The notes under the pieces were generated by a model. It did not search any database. It was not told the origin of the DNA and saw only the letters and a list, made by a program, of their open reading frames with translations. DNA of 64,000 nt from Tubulanus polymorphus (Eukaryota > Animalia > Nemertea), in the NCBI RefSeq assembly GCF_964204645.1, contig NC_134031.1:10477988-10541987 (forward strand). Direction: 5' to 3'. Numbering within the stretch: position 1 is the stretch's first letter; each line of letters starts with the position of its first letter. This document shows positions 38,661-53,100 of this stretch, piece after piece. The position numbers and the translations under genes were made by a program.

Positions 38661-39790
38661 ATTGTCATTTTTCCGACAGGGGGAAAATTTGGTAAGGAAA
38701 CGTCTTTTCTCGCGCTGAACGACGTTTTCGGGTCGAAAAGAGCTTTTCCTGACGATTTAAGCGCTTTTACGCATCGACATTGTCATTTTTCCGACGGGGG
38801 GGGGGGAATTTGATAAGAAAACGGCTTTTCTCGCGGTGAACGACGTTTTCGGGTCTTAAAGGGCTTTTCCTGACGATTTGAGCGCTTTTACGCATCGACA
38901 TTGTCATTTTTCCGACAGGGGAAAAACTTGATAAGAAAACGTCTTTTCTCTGGCTGAACGACGTTTTCGGGTCGAAAAGTGCTTTTCCTGACGATTTAAG
39001 TGCTTTTAAGCATCGACATTGTCATTTTTGCGACAGGGGGAAAATTTGGTAAGAAAACGTCTTTTCTCGCGCTGAACGACGTTTTCGGGTCGAAAAGTGC
39101 TTTTCCTGACGATTTAAGCGTTTTTTACGCATCGACATTGTCATTTTTCCGACGGGGGAAAATTTTATAAGAAAACGTCTTTTCTCGCGGTGAACGACGT
39201 TTTCCGGCCGAAAAGTGCTTTTCCTGACGATTTGAACGCTTTTACGCATCGACATTGTCATTTTTCCGACGGGGGAAAAATTTGATAAGAAAACATCTTT
39301 TTCTCGCGCTGAACGACATTTTCGGGTCGAAAAGTGCTTTTCCTGACCATTTGAACGCTTTTACGCATCGACATTGTCATTTTTCCGACAGGGGGGAAAA
39401 TTTGATAAGAAAACGTCTTTTCTCTGGCTGAACGACGTTTTCGGGTCGAAAAGTGCTTTTCCTGACGATTTAAGCGCTTTTAAGCATCGACATTGTCATT
39501 TTTTCCGACAGGGGAAAAATTTGATAAGAAAACGTCTTTTCTCGCGGTGAACGACGTTTTCGGGTCGAAAAGTGCTTTTCCTGACGATTTGAGCGCTTTT
39601 ACGCATCGACATTGTCATTTTTCCGACAGGGGAAAAATTTGATAAGAAAACGTCTTTTCTCGCGGTGAACGACGTTTTCGGGTCGAAAAGTGCTTTTCCT
39701 GACGATTTGAGCGCTTTTACGCATCGACATTGTCATTTTTCCGACGGGGGGGGGAAATTTGATAAGAAAACGTCTTTTCTCGCGGTGAAC
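38661..39790. repeat. Patch of ~10 diverged satellite monomers (subfamily)
   Basis: Shared signature tgtcAtttttccGAC(a/g)gggg..aaAtttgataAgaaaac, often with cgcGGtgaac or atttAagcg, and more heterogeneous than the rest of the array. Confidence 0.9.
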
Positions 39791-41139
39791 GACGTTTTCG
39801 GGTCGAAAAGTGCTTTTCCTGACGATTTGAGCGCTTTTACGCATCGACATTGTCGTTTTTCCCATAGGGGGAAATATTTGATACGAAAACGTCTTTTCTC
39901 GCGCTGAACGACGTTTTCGGGTCGAAAAGTGGTTTTCCTGACGATTTGAGGGCTTTTACGCATCGACATTGTCGTTTTTCCCATAGGGGGAATATCTGAT
40001 ACGAAAACGTCTTTTCTCGCGCTGAACGACGTTTTCGCGTCGAAAAGTGCTTTTCCTGACGATTTGAGCGCTTCAACTCATCGACATTGTCGTTTTTCCC
40101 ATAGGGGGAATATTTGATACGAAAACGTCTTTTCTCGCGCTGAACGACGTTTTCGCGTCGAAAAGTGCTTTTCCTGACGATTTGAGCGCTTTTACGCATC
40201 GACATTGCCGTTTTTCCGATAGGGGGAATATTTGAAACGAAAACGTCTTTTCTCGCGCTGAACGACGTTTTCGGGTCGAAAAGTGCTTTTCCTGACGATT
40301 TGAGCGCTTTTACGCATCGACATTGTCGTTTTTCCCATAGGGGGAATATTTGATACGAAAACGTTTTTTTCTCGCGCTGAACGACGTTTTCGGGTCGAAA
40401 AGTGCTTTTCCTGACGATTTGAGCGCTTTTACGCATCGACATTGTCGTTTTTCCCATAGGGGGAATATTTGATACGAAAACGTCTTTTCTCGCGCTGAAC
40501 GACGTTTTCGGGTCGAAAAGTGGTTTACCTGACGATTTGAGCGCTTTTACGCATCGCCATTGTCGTTTTTCCCATAGGGGGAATATTTGATACGAAAACG
40601 TCTTTTCTCGCGCTAAACGACGTTTTCGGGTCGAAAAGTGCTTTTCCTGACGATTTGAGCGCTTTTACGCATCGACATTGTCGTTTTTCCCATAGGGGGA
40701 ATATTTGATACGAAAACGTCTTTTCTCGCGCTGAACGACGTTTTCGGGTCGAAAAGTGGTTTTCCTGACGATTTGAGCCCTTTTACGCATCGCCATTGTC
40801 GTTTTTCCCATAGGGGGAATATTTGATACGAAAACGTCTTTTCTCGCGCTGAACGACGTTTTCGGGTCGAAAAGTGCTTTTCCTGACGATTTGAGCGCTT
40901 TTACGCATCGACATTGTCGTTTTTCCCATAGGGGGAATATTTGATACGAAATCGTCTTTTCTCGCGCCGAACGATGTTTTCGCGTCGAAAAGTGGTCTTC
41001 CTGACGATTTGAGCGCTTTTACGCATCGACATTGTCGTTTTTTCCCATAGGGGGAATATTTGATACGAAAACGTCTTTTCTCGCGCTGAACGACGTTTTC
41101 GCGTCGAAAAGTGCTTTTCCTAACGATTTGAGCGCTTTT

Positions 41140-44100
41140 ACGCATCGACATTGTCGTTTTTCCCATAGGGGGAATATTTGAAACCAAAACGTCTTTTCTC
41201 GCGCTGAACGACGTTTTCGGGTCGAAAAGTGCTTTTCCTGACGATTTGAGCGCTTTTACGCATCGACATTGTCGTTTTTCCCATAGGGGGAATATTTGAT
41301 ACGAAACGTCTTTTCTCGCGCTGAACGACGTTTTCGGGTCGAAAAGTGGTTTTCCTGACGATTTGAGCGCTTTTACGCATCGACATATTCGTTTTTCCCA
41401 TAGGGGGAATATTTGATACGAAAACGTCTTTTCTCGCGCTGAACGACGTTTTCGGGTCGAAAAGTGCTTTTCCTGACGATTTGAGCGCTTTTACGCATCG
41501 ACATATTCGTTTTTCCCATAGGGGGAATATTTGATACGAAAACGTCTTTTCTCGCGCTGAACGACGTTTTCGGGTCGAAAAGTGCTTTTCCTGACGATTT
41601 GAGCGCTTTTACGCATCGACATTGTCGTTTTTCCCATAGGGGGAATATTTGAAACCAAAACGTCTTTTCTCGCGCTGAACGACGTTTTCGGGTCGAAAAG
41701 TGCTTTTCCTGACGATTTGAGCGCTTTTTACGCATCGACATTGTCGTTTTTCCCATAGGGGGAATATTTGATACGAAAACGTCTTTTCTCGCGCTGAACG
41801 ACGTTTTCGCGTCGAAAAGTGCTTTCCCTGACGATTTGAGCGCTTTTACGCATCGACATTGCCGTTTTTCCGATAGGGGGAATATTTGAAACGAAAACGT
41901 CTTTTCTCGCGCTGAACGACGTTTTCGGGTCGAAAAGTGCTTTTCCTGACGATTTGAGCGCTTTTACGCATCGACATTGTCGTTTTCCCATAGGGGGAAT
42001 ATTTGATACGAAAACGTCTTTTCTCGCACTGAACGACGTTTTCGCGTCGAAAAGTGCTTTTCCTGACGATTTGAGCGCTTTTACGCATCGACATTGTCGT
42101 TTTTCCCATAGGGGGAATATTTGAAGCGAAAACGTCTTTTCTCGCGCTGAACGACGTTTTCGGGTCGAAAAGTGCTTTTCTTGACGATTTGAGCGCTTTT
42201 ACGCATCGACATTGTCGTTTTTCCCATAGGGGGAATATTTGATACGAAAACGACTTTTCTCGCGCTGAACGACGTTTTCGGGTCGAAAAGTGGTTTTTTT
42301 TTTTGACGGTTTTTCTGACGATTTGAGCGCTTTTACGCATCGACATTGTCGTTTTTCCCATAGGGGGAATATTTGATACGAAAGCGTCCTTTCTCGCGCT
42401 GAACGATGTTTTCGGGTCGAAAAGTGCTTTTCCTGACGATTTGAGCGCTTTTACGCATCGACATTGTCGTTTTTCCCATAGGGGGAATATTTGATACGAA
42501 AACGTCTTTTCTCACGCTGAACGACGTTTTCGGGTCGAAAAGTGGTTTTTTTCCCGACGATTTGAGCGCTTTTACGCATCGACATTGTCGTTTTTCCCAG
42601 AGGGGGAATATTTGATACGAAAACGTCTTTTCTCGCGCTGAACGACGTTTTCGCGTCGAAAAGTGCTTTTCCTGGCGATTTGAGCGCTTTTACGCATCGA
42701 CATTGTCGTTTTTCCGATAGGGGGAATATTTGAAACGAAAACGTCTTTTCTCGCGCTGAACGACGTTTTCTGGTCGAAAAGTGGTTTTCCTGACGATTTG
42801 AGCGCTTTTACGCATCGACATTGTCGTTTTTCCCATAGGGGGAATATTTGATACGAAAACGTCTTTTCTCGCGCTGAACGACGTTTTCGCGTCGAAAAGT
42901 GCTTTTCCTGACGATTTGAGTGCTTCAACTCATCGACATTGTCGTTTTTCCCATAGGGGGAATATTTGATACGAAAACGTCTTTTCTCGCGCTGAACGAC
43001 GTTTTCGCGTCGAAAAGTGCTTTTCCTGACGATTTGAGCGCTTTTACGCATCGACATTGCCGTTTTTCCGATAAGGGGAATATTTGAAACGAAAACGTCT
43101 TTTCTCGCGCTGAACGACGTTTTCGGGTCGAAAAGTGCTTTTCCTGACGATTTGAGCGCTTTTACGCATCGCGACATTGTCGTTTTTCCCATAGGGGGTA
43201 TATTTGATACGAAAACGTTTTTTTCTCGCGCTGAACGACGTTTTCGGGTCGAAAAGTGGTTTTCCTGACGATTTGAGCGCTTTTACGCATCGACATTGTC
43301 GTTTTTACCATAGGGGGGATATTTGATACGAAAACGTCTTTTCTCGCGCTGAACGACGTTTTCGGGTCGAAAAGTGCTTTTCCTGACGATTTGAGCGCTT
43401 TTACGCATCGACATTGTCGTTTTTCCCATAGGGGGAATATTTGATACGAAAACGGGTTTTCTCGCGCTGAACGACGTTTTCGCGTCGAAAAGTGCTTTTC
43501 CTGACGATTTGAGCGCTTTTACGCCTCGACATTGTCGTTTTTTTTCCCATAGGGGGAATATTTGATACGAAAACGTCTTTTCTCGCGCTGAACGACGTTT
43601 TCCGCGTCGAAAATTGCTTTTCCTGACGATTTGAGCGCTTTTACGCATCGACATTGTCGTTTTTCCCATAGGGGGAATATTTGATACGAAAACGTCTTTT
43701 CTCGCGCTGAACGACGTTTTCGGGTCGAAAAGTGGTTTTCCTGACGATTTGAGCGCTTTTACGCATCGACATTGTCGTTTTTCCCATAGGGGGAATATTT
43801 GATACGAAAACGTCTTTTCTCGCGCTGAACGACGTTTTCCGCGTCGAAAAGTGCTTTTGCTGACGATTTGAACGCTTTTACGCATCGACATCGTCGTTTT
43901 TCCCATAGGGGGAATATTTGAAACCAAAACGTCTTTTCTCGCGCTAAACGACGTTTTCGGGTCGAAAAGTGCTTTTCCTGACGATTTGAGCGCTTTTACG
44001 CATCGACATTGTCGTTTTTCCCATAGGGGGAATATTTGATACGAAAACGTCTTTTCTCGCGCTGAACGACGTTTTCGGGTCGAAAAGTGGTTTTCCTGAC

Positions 44101-47100
44101 GATTTGAGCGCTTTTACGCATCGCCATTGTCGTTTTTCCCATAGGGGGAATATTTGATACGAAAACGTCTTTTCTCGCGCTGAACGACGTTTTCGGGTCG
44201 AAAAGTGCTTTTCCCGACGATTTGAGCGCTTTTACGCATCGACATTGTCGTTTTTCCGATAGGGGGAATATTTGAAACGAAAACGTCTTTTCTCGCGCTG
44301 AACGACGGTTTCGGGTCAAAAAGTGCTTTTCCTGACGATTTGAGCGCTTTTACGCATCGACATTGTCGTTTTTCCCATAGGGGGAATATTTGATACGAAA
44401 ACGTCTTTTCTCGCGCTGAACGACGTTTTCGCGTCGAAAAGTGCTTTTCCTGACGATTTGAGCGCTTTTACGCATCGACATTGTCGTTTTTCCCATAGGG
44501 GGAATATTTGAAACCAAAACGTCTTTTCTCGCGCTGAACGACGTTTTCGGGTCGAAAAGTGCTTTTCCTGACGATTTGAGCGCTTTTACGCATCGACATT
44601 GTCGTTTTTCCCATAGGGGGAATATTTGATACGAAACGTCTTTTCTCGCGCTGAACGACGTTTTCGGGTCGAAAAGTGGTTTTCCTGACGATTTGAGCGC
44701 TTTTACGCATCGACATATTCGTTTTTCCCATAGGGGGAATATTTGATACGAAAACGTCTTTTCTCGCGCTGAACGACGTTTTCGGGTCGAAAAGTGCTTT
44801 TCCTGACGATTTGAGCGCTTTTACGCATCGACATTGTCGTTTTTCCCATAGGGGGAATATTTGAAACCAAAACGTCTTTTCTCGCGCTGAACGACGTTTT
44901 CGGGTCGAAAAGTGCTTTTCCTGACGATTTGAGCGCTTTTACGCATCGACATTGTCGTTTTTCCCATAGGGGGAATATTTGATACGAAAACGTCTTTTCT
45001 CGCGCTGAACGACGTTTTCGCGTCGAAAAGTGCTTTCCCTGACGATTTGAGCGCTTTTACGCATCGACATTGCCGTTTTTCCGATAGGGGGAATATTTGA
45101 AACGAAAACGTCTTTTCTCGCGCTGAACGACGTTTTCGGGTCGAAAAGTGCTTTTCCTGACGATTTGAGCGCTTTTACGCATCGACATTGTCGTTTTCCC
45201 ATAGGGGGAATATTTGATACGAAAACGTCTTTTCTCGCACTGAACGACGTTTTCGCGTCGAAAAGTGCTTTTCCTGACGATTTGAGCGCTTTTACGCATC
45301 GACATTGTCGTTTTTCCCATAGGGGGAATATTTGAAGCGAAAACGTCTTTTCTCGCGCTGAACGACGTTTTCGGGTCGAAAAGTGCTTTTCTTGACGATT
45401 TGAGCGCTTTTACGCATCGACATTGTCGTTTTTCCCATAGGGGGAATATTTGATACGAAAACGACTTTTCTCGCGCTGAACGACGTTTTCGGGTCGAAAA
45501 GTGGTTTTCCTGACGATTTGAGCGCTTTTACGCATCGACATTGTCGTTTTTCCCATAGGGGGAATATTTGATACGAAAGCGTCCTTTCTCGCGCTGAACG
45601 ATGTTTTCGGGTCGAAAAGTGCTTTTCCTGACGATTTGAGCGCTTTTACGCATCGACATTGTCGTTTTTCCCATAGGGGGAATATTTGATACGAAAACGT
45701 CTTTTCTCACGCTGAACGACGTTTTCGGGTCGAAAAGTGGTTTTTTTCCCGACGATTTGAGCGCTTTTACGCATCGACATTGTCGTTTTTCCCAGAGGGG
45801 GAATATTTGATTCGAAAACGTCTTTTCTCGCGCTGAACGACGTTTTCGCGTCGAAAAGTGCTTTTCCTGGCGATTTGAGCGCTTTTACGCATCGACATTG
45901 TCGTTTTTCCGATAGGGGGAATATTTGAAACGAAAACGTCTTTTCTCGCGCTGAACGACGTTTTCTGGTCGAAAAGTGGTTTTCCTGACGATTTGAGCGC
46001 TTTTACGCATCGACATTGTCGTTTTTCCCATAGGGGGAATATTTGATACGAAAACGTCTTTTCTCGCGCTGAACGACGTTTTCCGCGTCGAAAAGTGCTT
46101 TTCCTGACGATTTGAGTGCTTCAACTCATCGACATTGTCGTTTTTCCCATAGGGGGAATATTTGATACGAAAACGTCTTTTCTCGCGCTGAACGACGTTT
46201 TCGCGTCGAAAAGTGCTTTTCCTGACGATTTGAGCGCTTTTACGCATCGACATTGCCGTTTTTCCGATAAGGGGAATATTTGAAACGAAAACGTCTTTTC
46301 TCGCGCTGAACGACGTTTTCGGGTCGAAAAGTGCTTTTCCTGACGATTTGAGCGCTTTTACGCATCGCGACATTGTCGTTTTTCCCATAGGGGGTATATT
46401 TGATACGAAAACGTTTTTTTCTCGCGCTGAACGACGTTTTCGGGTCGAAAAGTGCTTTTCCTGACGATTTGAGCGCTTTTACGCATCGACATTGTCGTTT
46501 TTACCATAGGGGGGATATTTGATACGAAAACGTCTTTTCTCGCGCTGAACGACGTTTTCGGGTCGAAAAGTGCTTTTCCTGACGATTTGAGCGCTTTTAC
46601 GCATCGACATTGTCGTTTTTCCCATAGGGGGAATATTTGATACGAAAACGGGTTTTCTCGCGCTGAACGACGTTTTCGCGTCGAAAAGTGCTTTTCCTGA
46701 CGATTTGAGCGCTTTTACGCCTCGACATTGTCGTTTTTTTTCCCATAGGGGGAATATTTGATACGAAAACGTCTTTTCTCGCGCTGAACGACGTTTTCGC
46801 GTCGAAAATTGCTTTTCCTGACGATTTGAGCGCTTTTACGCATCGACATTGTCGTTTTTCCCATAGGGGGAATATTTGATACGAAAACGTCTTTTCTCGC
46901 GCTGAACGACGTTTTCGGGTCGAAAAGTGGTTTTCCTGACGATTTGAGCGCTTTTACGCATCGACATTGTCGTTTTTCCCATAGGGGGAATATTTGATAC
47001 GAAAACGTCTTTTGTCGCGCTGAACGACGTTTTCGCGTCGAAAAGTGCTTTTCCTGACGATTTGAACGCTTTTACGCATCGACATCGTCGTTTTTCCCAT

Positions 47101-50100
47101 AGGGGGAATATTTGAAACCAAAACGTCTTTTCTCGCGCTAAACGACGTTTTCGGGTCGAAAAGTGCTTTTCCTGACGATTTGAGCGCTTTTACGCATCGA
47201 CATTGTCGTTTTTCCCATAGGGGGAATATTTGATACGAAAACGTCTTTTCTCGCGCTGAACGACGTTTTCGGGTCGAAAAGTGGTTTTCCTGACGATTTG
47301 AGCGCTTTTACGCATCGCCATTGTCGTTTTTCCCATAGGGGGAATATTTGATACGAAAACGTCTTTTCTCGCGCTGAACGACGTTTTCGGGTCGAAAAGT
47401 GCTTTTCCCGACGATTTGAGCGCTTTTACGCATCGACATTGTCGTTTTTCCGATAGGGGGAATATTTGAAACGAAAACGTCTTTTCTCGCGCTGAACGAC
47501 GGTTTCGGGTCAAAAAGTGCTTTTCCTGACGATTTGAGCGCTTTTACGCATCGACATTGTCGTTTTTCCCATAGGGGGAATATTTGTGCGAAAACGTCTT
47601 TTCTCGCGCTGAACGACGTTTTCGCGTCGAAAAGTGCTTTTCCTGACGATTTGAGCGCTTTTACGCATCGACATTGTCGTTTTTCCCATAGGGGGAATAT
47701 TTGAAACCAAAACGTCTTTTCTCGCGCTGAACGACGTTTTCGGGTCGAAAAGTGCTTTTCCTGACGATTTGAGCGCTTTTACGCATCGACATTGTCGTTT
47801 TTCCCATAGGGGGAATATTTGATACGAAACGTCTTTTCTCGCGCTGAACGACGTTTTCGGGTCGAAAAGTGGTTTTCCTGACGATTTGAGCGCTTTTACG
47901 CATCGACATATTCGTTTTTCCCATAGGGGGAATATTTGATACGAAAACGTCTTTTCTCGCGCTGAACGACGTTTTCGGGTCGAAAAGTGCTTTTCCTGAC
48001 GATTTGAGCGCTTTTACGCATCGACATATTCGTTTTTCCCATAGGGGGAATATTTGATACGAAAACGTCTTTTCTCGCGCTGAACGACGTTTTCGGGTCG
48101 AAAAGTGCTTTTCCTGACGATTTGAGCGCTTTTACGCATCGACATTGTCGTTTTTCCCATAGGGGGAATATTTGAAACCAAAACGTCTTTTCTCCGCGCT
48201 GAACGACGTTTTCGGGTCGAAAAGTGCTTTTCCTGACGATTTGAGCGCTTTTACGCATCGACATTGTCGTTTTTCCCATAGGGGGAATATTTGATACGAA
48301 ACGTCTTTTCTCGCGCTGAACGACGTTTTCGGGTCGAAAAGTGGTTTTCCTGACGATTTGAGCGCTTTTACGCATCGACATATTCGTTTTTCCCATAGGG
48401 GGAATATTTGATACGAAAACGTCTTTTCTCGCGCTGAACGACGTTTTCGGGTCGAAAAGTGCTTTTCCTGACGATTTGAGCGCTTTTACGCATCGACATT
48501 GTCGTTTTTCCCATAGGGGGAATATTTGATACGAAAACGTCTTTTCTCGCGCTGAACGACGTTTTCGGGTCGAAAAGTGCTTTTCCTGACGATTTGAGCG
48601 CTTTTACGCATCGACATTGTCGTTTTTCCCATAGGGGGAATATTTGATACGAAAACGTCTTTTCTCGCGCTGAACGACGTTTTCGCGTCGAAAAGTGGTT
48701 TTCCCGACGATTTGAGCGCTTTTACGCATCGACATTGTCGTTTTTCCCATAGGGGGAATATTTGATACGAAAACGTCTTTTCTTGCGCTGAACGACGTTT
48801 TTGCGTCGAAAAGTGCTTTTCCTGGCGATTTGAGCGCTTTTACGCATCGACATTGTCGTTTTTCCGATAGGGGGAATATTTGAAACGAAAACGTCTTTTC
48901 TCGCGCTGAACGACGTTTTCGCGTCGAAAAGTGCTTTTCCTGACGATTTGAGCGCTTTTACGCATCGAAATTGTCGTTTTTCCCATAGGGGGAATATCTG
49001 ATTCGAAAACGTCTTTTCTCGCGCTGAACGACGTTTTCGGGTCGGAAAGTGCTTTTTTTGACGATTTGAGCGCTTTTTCGCATCGACATTGTCGTTTTTC
49101 CCATAGGGGGAATATTTGATACGAAAACGGGTTTTCTCGCGCTGAACGACGTTTTCGCGTCGAAAAGTGCTTTTCCTGACGATTTGAGCGCTTTTACGCA
49201 TCGAAATTGTCGTTTATCCCATAGGGGGAATATTTGATACGAAAACGTCTTTTCTCGCGCTGAACGACGTTTTCGCGTCGAAAAGTGCTTTTCCTGACGA
49301 TTTGAGCGCTTTTACGCATCGACATTGTCGTTTTTCCCATAGGGGGAATATTTGATACGAAAACGTCTTTTCTCGCGCTGAACGACGTTTTCGCGTCGAA
49401 AAGTGCTTTTCCTGACGATTTGAGCGCTTTTACGCATCGACATTGTCGTTTTTCCCATTGGGGGAATATTTGATACGAAAACGTCTTTTCTCGCGCTGAA
49501 CGACGTTTTCGGGTCGAAAAGTGCTTTTCCTGACGATTTGAGCGCTTTTACGCATCGACATTGTCGTTTTTCCCATAGGGGGAATATTTGATACGAAAAC
49601 GTCTTTTCTCGCGCTGAACGACGTTTTCGTATCGAAAAGTGCTTTTCCTGACGATTTGAGCGCTTTTACGCATCGACATTGTCGTTTTTCCCATAGGGGG
49701 AATATTTGATACGAAAACGGGTTTTCTCGCGCTGAACGACGTTTTCGCGTCGAAAAGTGCTTTTCCTGACGATTTGAGCGCTTTTACGCATCGAAATTGT
49801 CGTTTTTCCCATAGGGGGAATATTTGATACGAAAACGTCTTTTCTCGCGCTGAACGACGTTTTCCGCGTCGAAAAGTGCTTTTCCTGACGATTTGAGCGC
49901 TTTTACGCATCGACATTGTCGTTTTTTTTTCCCATAGGGGGAATATTTGATACGAAAACGTCTTTTCTCGCGCTGAACGACGTTTTCGCGTCGAAAATTG
50001 CTTTTCCTGACGATTTGAGCGCTTTTACGCATCGACATTGTCGTTTTTCCCATAGGGGGAATATTTGATACGAAAACGTCTTTTCTCGCGCTTAACGACG

Positions 50101-53100
50101 TTTTCGGGTCGAAAAGTGGTTTTCCTGACGATTTGAGCGCTTTTACACATCGACATTGTCGTTTTTCCCATAGGGGGAATATTTGATACGAAAACGTCTT
50201 TTCTCGCGCTGAACGACGTTTTCGGGTCGAAAAGTGCTTTTCCTGACGATTTGAGCGCTTTTACGCATCGACATTGTCGTTTTTCCCATAGGGGGAATAT
50301 TTGATACGAAAACGTCTTTTCTCGCGCTGAACGACGTTTTCGGGTCGAAAAGTGCTTTTCCCGACGATTTGAGCGCTTTTACGCATCGACATTGTCGTTT
50401 TTCCGATAGGGGGAATATTTTTTGAAACGAAAACGTCTTTTCTCGCGCTGAACGACGTTTTCGGGTCAAAAAGTGCTTTTCCTGACGATTTGAGCGCTTT
50501 TACGCATCGACATTGTCGTTTTTCCCATAGGGGGAATATTTGATACGAAAACGTCTTTTCTCGCGCTGAACGACGTTTTCGGCGTCGAAAAGTGCTTTTC
50601 CTGACGATTTGAGCGCTTTTACGCATCGACATTGTCGTTTTTCCATAGGGGGAATATTTGAAACCAAAACGTCTTTTCTCGCGCTGAACGACGTTTTCGG
50701 GTCGAAAAGTGCTTTTCCTGACGATTTGAGCGCTTTTACGCATCGACATTGTCGTTTTCCCATAGGGGGAATATTTGATACGAAACGTCTTTTCTCGCGC
50801 TGAACGACGTTTTCGGGTCGAAAAGTGGTTTTCCTGACGATTTGAGCGCTTTTACGCATCGACATATTCGTTTTTCCCATAGGGGGAATATTTGATACGA
50901 AAACGTCTTTTCTCGCGCTGAACGACGTTTTCGGGTCGAAAAGTGCTTTTCCTGACGATTTGAGCGCTTTTACGCATCGACATATTCGTTTTTCCCATAG
51001 GGGGAATATTTGATACGAAAACGTCTTTTCTCGCGCTGAACGACGTTTTCGGGTCGAAAAGTGCTTTTCCTGACGATTTGAGCGCTTTTACGCATCGACA
51101 TTGTCGTTTTTCCCATAGGGGGAATATTTGAAACCAAAACGTCTTTTCTCGCGCTGAACGACGTTTTCGGGTCGAAAAGTGCTTTTCCTGACGATTTGAG
51201 CGCTTTAACGCATCGACATTGTCGTTTTTCCCATAGGGGGAATATTTGATACGAAACGTCTTTTCTCGCGCTGAACGACGTTTTCGGGTCGAAAAGTGGT
51301 TTTCCTGACGATTTGAGCGCTTTTACGCATCGACATATTCGTTTTTCCCATAGGGGGAATATTTGATACGAAAACGTCTTTTCTCGCGCTGAACGACGTT
51401 TTCGGGTCGGAAAAGTGCTTTTCCTGACGATTTGAGCGCTTTTACGCATCGACATTGTCGTTTTTCCATAGGGGGAATATTTGATACGAAAACGTCTTTT
51501 CTCGCGCTGAACGACGTTTTCGGGTCGAAAAGTGCTTTTCCTGACGATTTGAGCGCTTTTACGCATCGACATTGTCGTTTTTCCCATAGGGGGAATATTT
51601 GATACGAAAACGTCTTTTCTCGCGCTGAACGACGTTTTCGGGTCGAAAAGTGGTTTTCCCGACGATTTGAGCGCTTTACGCATCGACATTGTCGTTTTTC
51701 CCATAGGGGGAATATTTGATACGAAAACGTCTTTTCTTGCGCTGAACGACGTTTTTGCGTCGAAAAGTGCTTTTCCTGGCGATTTGAGCGCTTTTACGCA
51801 TCGACATTGTCGTTTTTCCGATAGGGGGAATATTTGAAACGAAAACGTCTTTTCTCGCGCTGAACGACGTTTTCGGGTCGAAAAGTGCTTTTCCTGACGA
51901 TTTGAGCGCTTTTACGCATCGACATTGTCGTTTTTCCCATAGGGGGAATATTTGATACGAAAACGTCTTTTCTCGCGGCTGAACGACGTTTTCGCATCGA
52001 AAAGTGCTTTTCCTGACGATTTGAGCGCTTTTACGCATCGACATTGTCGTTTTTCCCATAGGGGAATATTTGATACGAAAACGGGTTTTCTCGCGCTGAA
52101 CGACGTTTTCGCGTCGAAAAGTGCTTTTCCTGACGATTTGAGCGCTTTTACGCATCGAAATTGTCGTTTTTCCCATAGGGGGAATATTTGATACGAAAAC
52201 GTCTTTTCTCGCGCTGAACGACGTTTTCGGGTCGAAAAGTGCTTTTCCTGACGATTTGAGCGCTTTTACGCATCGACATTGTCGTTTTTCCCATAGGGGG
52301 AATATTTGATACGAAAACGTCTTTTCTCGCGCTGAACGACGTTTTCGGGTCGAAAAGTGCTTTTCCTGACGATTTGAGCGCTTTTACGCATCGACATTGT
52401 CGTTTTTCCCATAGGGGGAATATTTGATACGAAAACGTCTTTTCTCGCGCTGAACGACGTTTTCGGGTCGAAAAGTGGTTTTCCCGACGATTTGAGCGCT
52501 TTTACGCATCGACATTGTCGTTTTTCCCATAGGGGGAATATTTGATACGAAAACGTCTTTTCTTGCGCTGAACGACGTTTTTGCGTCGAAAAGTGCTTTT
52601 CCTGGCGATTTGAGCGCTTTTACGCATCGACATTGTCGTTTTTCCGATAGGGGGAATATTTGAAACGAAAACGTCTTTTCTCGCGCTGAACGACGTTTTC
52701 GGGTCGAAAAGTGCTTTTCCTGACGATTTGAGCGCTTTTACGCATCGACATTGTCGTTTTTCCCATAGGGGGAATATTTGATACGAAACGTCTTTTCTCG
52801 CGCTGAACGACGTTTTCGCATCGAAAAGTGCTTTTCCTGACGATTTGAGCGCTTTTACGCATCGACATTGTCGTTTTTCCCATAGGGGGAATATTTGATA
52901 CGAAAACGGGTTTTCTCGCGCTGAACGACGTTTTCGCGTCGAAAAGTGCTTTTCCTGACGATTTGAGCGCTTTTACGCATCGAAATTGTCGTTTTTCCCA
53001 TAGGGGGAATATTTGATACGAAAACGTCTTTTCTCGCGCTGAACGACGTTTTCGCGTCGAAAAGTGCTTTTCCTGACGATTTGAGCGCTTTTACGCATCG

